A program made the position numbers and the translations under genes. A stretch of 39,419 nt of DNA from Lenisia limosa (Eukaryota; Protista; Breviatea). The stretch lies in the NCBI GenBank assembly GCA_001655205.1, contig LPNZ01008434.1:1-39419 (forward strand), read 5' to 3'. The notes beneath the pieces are model-generated. The model saw nothing but the letters and a program-made list of their open reading frames with translations, was not told the origin of the DNA and searched no databases. Of this stretch, positions 21,798 to 32,700 are shown piece by piece (positions within the stretch are counted from its first letter, which is position 1; each line of letters starts with the position of its first letter).

Positions 21798-24700
21798 ATG
21801 GGTAAGAAGAGTCACCGGCGAAAGGCTGGCTTTGGTAGTTTGACAAGCTCCCGTTCAAGCATACCATCAAAAAAACAAATTGATGCTAAGCTCCATGTCA
21901 AAGAGGCGCTAATTACAAAAACTATCGAGTTCGTTCCTGCCTCTCGACCTGATGTTGACACCCGCGATGCAATGCTCAAATCAGAGTTTAAAGACAGAAT
22001 AATATTTGTTGGCCGCAGACAGAAGTCTAAAAAATCTTCAAGTGTCGTCAATGAGGAGCAGAAAGCCATCCAAGCCGCAAAGGAGAAGGTTTGCCTGCCT
22101 GAATTCTTTTGGTTATTTTCATCGAATTTTTTTGCCTTTTCTTATTATTTATAAACAGGTGGCTTCAATATTGACCACACCAAACACTGACATTTGGATA
22201 TTTCCCGCTGAGAAAATGAAACGTTTCTTTGTCAGCCACATTAAAGCTGGTCGTGTTGGAGGCGGACTCAACAATCAAGGTACTAACGCTTTTTCCACAA
22301 CACAAGTATTCTCCTCCTGACATGACAGGCAACACCTGCTTCATGAACAGTGTTCTCCAATGCCTTGTGTACACCCCTGGACTCAGCCAATTCGTACATG
22401 AGAAAACTCATTCTGTCACTTGTAAGCTTGTTTATTTGTTTTTTTTTTCTCTTGCTCCCTAATGATAACCTTGATAAACCAAGGCAATCGTCCTGGTTTC
22501 TGCGCATTCTGTTCTTTTGAAAAGGTTTGCTACTACTCGTTGTTGACATTTAGCTCTGCCTTCACATTGCAAAATCGCCTCGCATCAACCCGTCTATCTT
22601 CACAAAGAACCTTCCTAGTAAGTTGCCTTAGATGTCATTGAATGAAATTCCGACAAATCCTTGGAAATCATCATTTGTGCACTTGAGAGACTATAATTTG
22701 ACAAGATGCCACCTAATGATAATTCCATTACAGTGTTTATGGCTCAACTAAACCTATTCAGTGATCTCCCGCACGTTCCGCAGGGGACAACAAGAAGACG
22801 CCCACGAGTTCCTCCGTTGCCTTTTAGCCAAATTCGAGGAGGCTGAACTTGGTAGCTTCAGCGTGTATGTTGGATATTCTCTGTAGATCTACAGTGGAAT
22901 GGGATTTATCAGTTCAGGAAGAGGCATCCTCGTCTTGGAGAAACCACTGCAATTTCTCAGCTCATGTCTGGACATATTTGCTCTCAAGTTTGACACAGTT
23001 TTGGTTTTCATAGCTTTCAGGTTAAATGTGGAAACTGTGGTTTTGACAGCAACAACTTTGACCTTGTCTGGGACATTCCACTCGAGGTTGGACCCATCTT
23101 TGCTCATTTCCAAGGTTCGTCGCAAAAAAACGCTTCAACAATGCTTCGAAGAATTCGTGCACCCTGAAATTTTGACCAAAGATAACCAGTACCGCTGTGA
23201 CAGGTAGGAATACCAGTACTTCTCCTCATCTTCAGATGCCTCCAGCTGACGCAGGCCAAGAAGCAAATGACCCTCCACCGCCTTCCTCTTATTCTCACTC
23301 TTCAACTCAAGCGCTTCGATTTCTTCAAGGGCAAATTCCGACACATGGTATCTGAGATTTGGAGTGACTCTCGTAATTAGGTTTAGTCAGCTTATATATT
23401 AAATCTGATAATAACACTTACTATATAGGTTACTTATCCCACCACTATTGATCTGAAAGACTATCTATCTTCAGATGCTGAGGTAATGGGCACGATTAAA
23501 ACAAATTTAAGAACTAACAGCTTACATATTATATTGTTGTGAGGATTTATCAAGATATTTGATTTTTTTGTTGGAGGGGGGGGGGGGCAGATCATTTCAT
23601 TGGACAATAAATAATACCAAAAACCCACCTGCAAACAAGCCACTCATTAATCCAGGCTCAAATANNNNNNNNNNNNNNNNNNNNNNNNNNNNNNNNNNNN
23701 NNNNNNNNNNNNNNNNNNNNNTTACGGTGTCCTTGTGCATGATGGGGTAGGTCATTGTCTACCTCGAACTCATTCCCAGTTCTCAACGTCCTGTGGCCAT
23801 TACTACAGTTATGTCAAGACCGGAACCGGCACGTGGTGTCTGATGGATGATTCTTCGGTTTGCGCTCTTGGGTGCTCGGACCTTTTTGCAACTCACCAAA
23901 AAGGTTCAAAGCGTATCCGAACGTGAGGCTCTTGGACAGCGCGCCTACATGCTGTTCTATATCCGGAATGATGTGGGTATTGCTTTCATGCTCCTTTGCT
24001 GTGATATCGTTTTTATTGACCCTAGGCCAAAACCGCTGCTCATGTCTCTATTCCCACTCCCACTCCTGCCCCCATTCCTGCTGCCCCTGCTGCTACTCCT
24101 GAACCCGCACCTGCCCCCACTGATAGCCTTAAACCAACTGTTTCTGACTTTGGTGCCAAACCACAAGAAAAGAAGAAGAAGAAGAAGAAGAAGAAGAAGA
24201 AGAAGATTGAGGTATGTTTGCTTTCCCTTATTTATGTTTATTTATCACTATTTTATTTTTTGTTTATGCTTTAGGAGTATGAAAAATTGGAACCTAAAAA
24301 ACCGGAACCTGCAAAATTGGAACCTGCAAAATTAGGAACGTCAAAATTGGAACCAAAACAACCCGAGATTTTGAAATCCGAGAAGCTGGAACCCGAAAAA
24401 TTTGTACCAGAACAGTTACACGAAGTCAAGGTGACAGAGATTGAGAGAACCAAACCGAAGCTCAAGTGAGTTTATGTGTAGTTGATGTTCTAGTCTTATA
24501 CGCTTTGGTGTCTTTTTTGACCTATTTAGACTTTCAAAACCAACGAAGAAGGCGGGTATTGAGTTCCATCCTGATTTCGGCGGCCGACAGAAGCTTTTCG
24601 AGAAGGCTGACAGTGGGTTTTGGAGGAGCTTTGGAGTGACTGCTATAGTTTTGGCTTGGACCAAACAGGATGAAGAGACGCGAGCCGCTTCTGCTGCTGC

Positions 24701-25418
24701 TATCAAGAAAATGACTCCTCGAATTAAGACGCGCGATATTCTGGACGCCTCGCTTGACCAAGGAAGAGTTTGTGGACTAAAATCCTCTCAGGTTTTAACG
24801 TGTGTAACATTTTCAGGTTAAAAAGGTGAAGAAAAAGAAGCCTAAGACGGAAGAAGACAGTAAAAATCTGTTCCAAAGAGCCCAAAATAGTGCGAATCTA
24901 CAGAAGGTTTGTTTTGTGTTTTTTTTTTTTGACCTGAATAACAACACAGGCCAAAGCCAACGGAGAAGAAGTCGGGGAGGACGACTTGTCATGGAAAGCC
25001 GACAACGAGGGCAATGCTATCACCCGTGGAACTGACGAATACAAGAAGAGACAAGTCAACAAAGCCCGCAAGTACAACGAACGAATGTGTACGTTGCAAG
25101 TTACACAGTACTAACCCTTCAGCTGGCCGCGGGCGTACACCTGGAGGTCATGGCCATGGTGTTGCGCGTGGAGGTCGTGGCGGCTTCCGTGGTCGCGGCG
25201 GCGGCGGACATGGCGGCAGGGGAAGAGGAGGTAGGCATGAAATCCTCACTTTCGTCTACAAGTAGTATTCCGATCAAGTTCTATCCAACCAGGATGAGAG
25301 GAGGGGGTCTCTACTCTGCTGTAAATATCAATTTTATGTGATATTCCTTTCAGGATTCCGTGGTCGTGGAGGTCGAGGAGGACCTGGCGGAAGAGGCCGG
25401 GGCAGAGGAAGGAACTAG
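21798..25418 (+). CDS. USP36: Ubiquitin-specific protease, USP36/USP42 (UBP23-like), multi-exon
   Basis: Cys box GGGLNNQGNTCFMNSVLQCLVYTP, GQQEDAHEFLRCLL, His box VHDGFSTSCGHYYSYVK...WCLMDDS, C-terminal LDQGRVKKVKK and an RGG tail. TAG stop at 25416-25418; one N-gap inside. Confidence 0.9.
24170..24205 (+). repeat. (AAG)12 coding repeat (poly-Lys) in the USP gene
   Basis: 12 consecutive AAG codons in frame before ATT GAG|gtatgt. Confidence 0.85.
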
Positions 25419-26140
25419 GTTGCTCTGCGATGTGTTTTGGTATTTTCTTTGGTTTATGGTTTCTATTTTCAAGCAATACTTCATTTTTTTGCTATGGTAT
25501 AAAATTCATATTCGTTTTCATGCATTTTTTATTTCATATGTTGTGTGTACACGTCAGTGAACATACAACTGTCGTACACAGTCTAGGCTTCTGGGTGTAT
25601 ACATAATCTAGGTTACTAAGTTACTTTAACTATTTGGCCTCATCGCTGGATATACATATTCCTCTATTCCTCCTGCATTCCCAGTAAATGTTGCACCACC
25701 ACAGTGTAGCGAGAAGCAAGGCGGGCGAGATTACGGACAGAGTACAGCTGGAGTACAGAAGTACATCATAATCAGATAATCATAAATTAGTTCGCTCATG
25801 TCACACTAGATATCTAAGAACAGAGGGATCAATGATCACCAATAAAATTCAACGAAAGCCTTGGACCCGGAGCTCGTACCGTTTAGATAATTTAACAATA
25901 CTGTGTACGTACTAAGAAGTATATCATAATCTCATAATCCCGTCCGGAGAACACTTTTCACGGCATCTATTCGCTGGCCATCACCACCCCCAGGTTTTTA
26001 TTTTTATTTCATGAAATCATTCAAAGAATTCATGACGATCAGATGACGATAATGGCGAGAACCAGAGTATTTAAGATGTTTTTTTTTTTTAATCCAAACA
26101 ACTACTCATATTATACAGCAACAAACAAAAAAACTGCAAC

Positions 26141-26832
26141 ATGTTTGCCTTCCCAAGATTCTCGCCCAGTCCGTTCAATCCCCTCAGATCAAGGAGGAGG
26201 TAAGCGTTGTTTTTTTTGTTTTGTTTTTTCTGGTTATTTTTTTGACGGCACATTAATGTTTTGAATCTTTTGTTGTGTTACCTCGCTTATACCCTTGCCT
26301 CAATCACTGTTTTAGTTACGATGATTACGAAGAAGACTACGATATCTACAGTCCTGCACTTCCTGCATCAGAACGCTACTACTATCATCAACAACGCCAA
26401 CAACAGCTTCAAGAAGAACGCATGAGGCAACACCGTCAACGTCAACAACAACTCCAGCGTGAACGCATCGAACGTCAAATTGCTGAGGAGAAGAGGATGA
26501 AAAAACTTGCCGCCATGGAACGTCTACGTCAAGAAGAGGAGCGCTTACACCACAATCAAAGCAAGTCGGCTTCAACATCATCACCTGTATGGAACTGGCA
26601 TCCTTTCTTTGCCCAGACCGAGGTTGATAGCGACTCTGAGTATGTCAAAAAGCCCGCTACAAATATGAAATCAAAGAAACACAAGGCTATATTGTCGAGA
26701 ATGAAGACCCCAATCACAGAAACCACCAGCACCACTGTGACAAGAAATGTTCACTATGATGGCGAGATTGCTGAAGTCCTTGATCTTGAGCTTCCAGCCA
26801 CTCCCGATGACGCTGAGATTCTCTTCCTCTAA
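26141..26832 (+). CDS. Hypothetical Q/R/E-rich coiled-coil protein, 2 exons (26141-26199, 26316-26832)
   Basis: MFAFPRFSPSPFNPLRSRRS, GTAAG intron, then an open exon YDDYEEDY...QQRQQQLQEERMRQ...PATPDDAEILFL*. Confidence 0.7.
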
Positions 26833-27522
26833 TCCGTTTTGTCTTATGGTATGTTTGTATTCTATGTTATTGTTTCCTGATCTTATATTATTTATTGCAT
26901 TCTCCTCTGAATATCAGGTTTATCAAATGGTACAGTTAAATTATGACAATAATAAATTCTCATCATCATTTGCCCCAACTATAATCCCTCTCCCGCTTGT
27001 GTCTTTTCATCATCACTTGAGTCAGACTCCTTCATCTCCTGAAAAGATAAAACAAACTCTGACAAACAAAATATTATCTCAAATACAAAATGTATTATTT
27101 TGTACTATAGTAAATCATATGCACAGCCACAGCCAAATACCCAAATACTGACCATAATCACTCCAGCCGTGCTGATGTGCTAAGTGCTGGTAGGAGGAAT
27201 ATATACATGTACATAGTATATATATATACTCCTCCTAGGCTGGTATAACATTTCCTGGGAGTGGAGTGACTCGAGTGACCCCCCTGCCAAGGTCTAGGAG
27301 TCTAGAGGGCTATTACGCTATTCACCAGGCTATTACTTATTACGCTACTACCCGCTGAGAAATTGAAATGGTGATGGGGTGTGGGTGATGGTGCTGGAAA
27401 AAAGAGAGGGGCTCAAATCCTTCGGTTGCTCGGACCCCCATAGTATCGGTATATAAATTTAAAAAATTGGGAGCCAATAGATCAAAATAACTCTACTGAA
27501 CTACTGAACTATACTGAGAAAA

Positions 27523-29641
27523 ATGAATAAAAGGCAGCCAGAAAGCCCAGCAAAATCGCCTAAGCGTAGGAGACATGACACAGTTGCTGTCAACCCCCCT
27601 GCACCATCTCTCGTCGACTCTATTGCAGAAATTGAAAAGCTTAACGCCAAATTCGGCAACCAACCGTCAAATGAACAGCTCCCTCCCGAAGAACCTGAAC
27701 CACAACGAAAAGAAAAACCAGGAAAGAAGGCTGAGCGCTACATGTATGGAAACTATGATCAATATTATGGCTACAGAGCTCCAGGTGTAAACGCTAGGGT
27801 ATGTGGCTGGAATTTTCAGAGTGAGAACTAACTTCGCAGCTTGACGATCCACGTATGGATCTTATGGAGGAAGTTTGGTTCAAGGTTTGGGGGGTTTCGG
27901 AAGAACTACCTATGATGGGGCTTTCCCAAGTTGGTCTTTTGATTTCCACCAGGGCAAGCGCTGCATGGACATTGGGTGCAATGTTGGGTACTTGACAACC
28001 CAAGTTTCCTTGAAATATGGTGTGCAAAGTATGGTCGGAATTGACCTTGACGAGAAGCTCATTTTTAAGGTTTGTTTTCTTTGTTTTTTTATTCCTTGAA
28101 ACAAGACATTATTAATAAATTCTCTTTTTTTGTGTTTCATAGCTAAGGGACTTTTGTTGTTATTAATCTTCATTTTAGGCACGTGAGAATCTGGAGCATG
28201 CCCGAGAAGCAGCCCAGGCACAAGATAGAAGAAAAGCCCTCTATACCCCTTGTTTGTAGCCCGTTGATGAGCCTTTGTCACCCTTCTAGCCGGAGCAATG
28301 GATCGACATAGTGATGGGCGGAAGGCTGACTACTTCCCCGTCAGGTTGGCCAGGCAGGGCTTTAAATGCTGATCCTATGCCTTAGGCAGCTGTAAAAAGC
28401 GAGATTAGTTGTTTTTTGAAGTATCAAAATTGTTAAAGCAGGTTGATAAACCAGATTTTTACCTCGGAGTTTTGGGCAATGCACTTACATAGAAGACCTC
28501 TTGTTGCTGGTTCTTTTACGGCTTTGCTGCTGAGCCACAGTTTATGTTTATATTGGGCTTAATTATATAAAATGGTAGTGAGATCAAACCTTGCTTCACT
28601 CTACCGTGTACTTCTTCTCCTTGGTTACTGCTTCAGTATTAAGACAAGTTATTATAAAATAGCAGGGCGATGGTTTTGATAATTTACTTTGAAAATTGAA
28701 ATACACAGACTGGCTGGGAATCCGAGCCTAGTTTCTGGTTTACCAACCTGCTTTAAAGAGACTTTTCATTCATAATAGAAGCCTTGCTCATCCACGAATA
28801 GTTATCAAATTTTCTAGCATGCGCATAATGTACGGCCCTCTTCCCATGGACGAAATTCCTGACGTAGAAGGTTCAGTACCATCATCACTCATCAACACAA
28901 GGTTGGTGTTTTTGTATGTTTTGCTTTGTATTACTAATTGCGGATTATTCAGTTCAAGATTAATACATTTACGCTTGGTGACAACTAAATTTGATTGATC
29001 CCGCCTTGGAATGCTCACCCTTCAGATATGTGACTGGAAACCTCATTACAGAAGACTTCTCCCGCTTTATCAATAAAATGGACACCATCCTTTGGTAAGA
29101 CCTTTTTCGGCATCTTATTTCAGTTTGAGCGTGGTTAAATGGATTCAACTTCACCATGGAGATGAGGGAGTTATATCACTATTCAAAAAAGGTTAGTCTG
29201 TTTGTAAGCTCAGGAGTCTGATTGCTTAGTTTATGAAATGTTGGCACCTGGGGGATGCTTCATTTTTGAACCACAACCCTACAGCTCTTACAAGAAAAAG
29301 AGCAGAATCAATGAGGTAAGGTTGCTTTCAATTTTATATTTTCAAGAAAATGAAGAACAATTTCAAGAACATGAAGATGAGACCTGAGGAGTTCCCTGTT
29401 GTGTTGAAGAGAGATATCGGGTATGCTTTGATTTCTATTTCGGACACTCTTCCAGTCTTTTTCAAAATGTGGTGCGGCTAATAGTTTGTAGTTTTGAGAC
29501 GGTGGAGAATGTTGGACGACCCGCAACAGCAGTCGGATCTTTTGATCGACCAATCTTCTGCTGTGTCAAACCAAAAGAATCGGTGAGAGCACTCTCGTTT
29601 CGACAGTCATAACCATTTAGACCCCAGAAGAATCAACCTAA
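27523..29641 (+). CDS. MEPCE: 7SK/U6 methylphosphate capping enzyme (MePCE/Bin3/Bmc1), multi-exon
   Basis: YMYGNYDQYYGYR, RCMDIGCNVGYLT...MVGIDLDEKLI, DTILCLSVVKWIQLHHGDEG, GGCFIFEPQPYSSYKKK and SFDRPIF are Bin3-family motifs. Confidence 0.92.
28433..28756. other. ~324-nt foldback element in a 473-nt MePCE intron (28345-28817): structured RNA or MITE-like
   Basis: TTAAAGCAGGTTGATAAACCAGA (28433-28455) vs TCTGGTTTACCAACCTGCTTTAA (28734-28756), 22 of 23 pairs. Inner CTCGGA/TCCGAG helix and further G-U-rich pairing. Confidence 0.6.
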
Positions 29642-29751
29642 CTCACATCTGTTTATTTTTTGTACATTAGATCTGATATAATATTGGTATGGTATTTAAT
29701 TGGCAAAGGATATTCTGAGGAAGTATATTTATTGAACAACAAAATCAACAA

Positions 29752-32700
29752 TTATTGGAACAAATCTTCCATATCCTACGAAGTGAAACACAATCCTCAT
29801 GCCTACTTGAACAACCCTCAGGGAAAGTGATAGTTCGTGGAGTCTCTTTCGAGCTTTGTCTGCTGAAAACAAAACGGGGCATGTCAGGTTCTGTGCAAAT
29901 GTGAAGGAATAGAGAAACAGTACCTGACACATGTTTCCTGGTAAACTTGGGCAACTAAAATGTTCGCATTTTCCATAGAGAGGAGGAGGGGCACTTGAGT
30001 AGACTTCTTTTACGTTTTTTTGAAAAGCGAATAGTTTCACCATATTTGCTGTGTCTTCATCTGTTCCAATTTTTTGGGCCAATTTCACGGCATCCTGACA
30101 CGTTAGCCCGTAATGTATAAGGGCAATTCAAAACATCATTACCATCTAGTAGATAAATTATATATCGACACCGGCGCACCCCTCCCCCCCGCCTTAACAT
30201 TTATTGCCAGTAAAACTCACTTCAACAGCTGTAGGAAGACTTGGGTGGTTTGTCTGCTGAGGCTGGGTAGCTCTTCCTAAAAGTTCTTAATTGATAAATA
30301 ATATGAAAGACGCCAACCATAATAGGGTTTGGAGGGTTGGTCCAAGTTAAAACTAGAGACATTGTTCCACAAGTTCAGACATGTCCGACAGGCATCAGCC
30401 AAGCTCAGGGCTTCTTCCTGGCACTGCTCGAATAAGTCATGAATGAAGCATAAATAAAAGAAAGCCAAAATATGATATCCCACTTCCAAGAGTGTGAACA
30501 AGATCCTTCTTGCTGACTGACTAGGTTTTGCCAGACAAACACCACAGATGTTCTCGATCTTTGCTTCGTGGGGGTGAGCAGTTGCATGTGCGTGTGTATT
30601 CGAACGGGTAATATCCAAGCCACAAACAACACACCCGGCCTAAAGGTGTGAACGCATCATTGACCTACCTTAAGCCAAGATTCACCCAAGCTTTGTACTT
30701 GAGGTCTGCCAACTGTCCTTCCACCATCAAGCTGCAGAGGCCTGACCAGTCAAATAACGCCAAGATTAATCCAGAAAGAACATTGCCATACCCCTTTTGG
30801 TTTGGAGCGGTATGAGATTTGTTAACTTGCTTAGAAGTGTTCTTGCCTAAAACGTCACAAAAAATTCTTGAATAACATGGGTAACCAACGTTGAAGAGAT
30901 CCTTTCAAAGACGCGTCATCCGCTTGGGACACGTCATTAATACTGCCAAGATGGATTCGAGCTAAAGGGTCAAATGTCAAATCATTCCATACGGGGAATT
31001 AACTGAGGCCATTTTCTGATGTCCACACCAGCAAGCATCATTAGTCTGAGCGGTCACATGTAAGGAAGATTGACAAACCGGTCCAAGGTGGGGATGATTT
31101 GTTTGTTAATGTAATAATGTGCATTCAAACGATAGCGTCTGCAAAATGAGAATAAAGGCTTCTCACCCTGGTGGAGCGGAGAGGAACTGCATGGGATGAA
31201 TGACGCAGTCTGCTAAACGGGCCTGTGGGGGGCCTGCTACCACAACATATGGAACACGCTCACAGAAATTGGGTGCCCACGCCTTAAAGATTAGACAAGC
31301 AGCATCCTACCTTGGGCTTCACTTCGGTTCCAAAAAAACCGGGAAAATATCGATAGTTTACAAGGATTTATCGAGAAATTCAGTCTTTTTTCGAACCAAA
31401 GTGAAGCCAATCCTACCGGGTCGCTTTGCATCTTATTCGCCGCAACTATCACACCAGGCGGAGGTAAATTGCGGGGACTGGAGGTTGAGCACGTGGTAGT
31501 CTTACCTGTAGGTCCCAAGCTTGACTTCCTTGGCAAAGATCCCGTCTTCAATGCTCCAAGATTCTGAGGATACCCGCTGGATTTGAGTTTGAACGTAGTG
31601 TTGAACCTGGAGGGCGGTGAATCGAAGGAAATTTTTGAAACAAACAGCCCAAAATCAACTCTGTTGGCTGACAACACGAGGGTTGATAACAAAACAAACA
31701 AAGCCCAGGCTAGTCGCTTCTGCAGCACCGCATCCCATCACTTTTATAAGGTTGAAATGACGCTTGAGAGCCCAACATATGTATCTTCAGAACCAATTAC
31801 CTGAGAAACATCATTGGTGGTGAAGAGGATGTCAATTGCCTTCTTCATTACCTTTCGCACTAAAGGACAGCCGTCACGGCGCACAGTCTGAGTTTATGAA
31901 AACAGAACTTCCCTTCAATTCCCTTCCCCTCCTCAATCCCCCCCCCCCCAACCNNNNNNNNNNNNNNNNNNNNNNNNNNNNNNNNNNNNNNNNNNNNNNN
32001 NNNNNNNNNNNNTCGAAGGCGTATCCAACGTATCGCTTCTACAAAATGATGGCATCTTCATCAATACCTTTGTAATCATCAAGCATGGCTGGAACACTTT
32101 TTCAAATTGAAGCTTGACTTTTGGGGGATTCTAACCATAAGATAAGAACTCGAACATACTCGTTTCGAGATTTGTGTCTCCATTTGCTGAGCAATTTCAA
32201 AAGCCTGATTTCGCGACTTCCCTGGCAGCTGAACAAAAACTGAATCCGTGTCCCCATAAACAACCTATGAAGCGTAAGAGGAAGACGGCACAGCCCACTT
32301 TCGCATTCCAGTCCGGGTGGTTGTTAATGAATCGAATAGAGTCTTCCAACGTCTCCCTCCCGCACTGAACAATGCTGTCAGCCAAGTCCTACGTTGTCAA
32401 AAGGACAATTCCTTGACGAGATAACAAGTGAAAGGAACCGGTCCGGGAAGTGGAACACTATAATCAGTATTCAGAGCGTCCGGAAACCCTTCATACGACA
32501 CAAGGCATTCGCCCGCTGAAGCCAGCTGCGGTGTAGCCGTACGTCGTGTTGGCCAGGAGTTTTAAGGAACCCTGTCTGTTGTCCAGGCGGCGACGGAGCG
32601 ATTCAGCTGCATCGTCACCATCAACAGAAGCAAACATATTCCTTTGTTCTTCATGGCAGTTTTAACCATCACTCGGGTCCGTAGGAGCTCAGCGACAAGG

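Noticed and set aside
26000-26035. Heat-shock-element-like GAA/TTC cluster upstream of the coiled-coil orphan
   Set aside because: Only one correctly spaced TTCnnGAA unit; no three-unit array.
29704-29712. ATATCCTTT (U12-type donor) on the minus strand
   Set aside because: It lies in the REV3 3' UTR with no TCCTTAAC-like branch site or AC acceptor evident.
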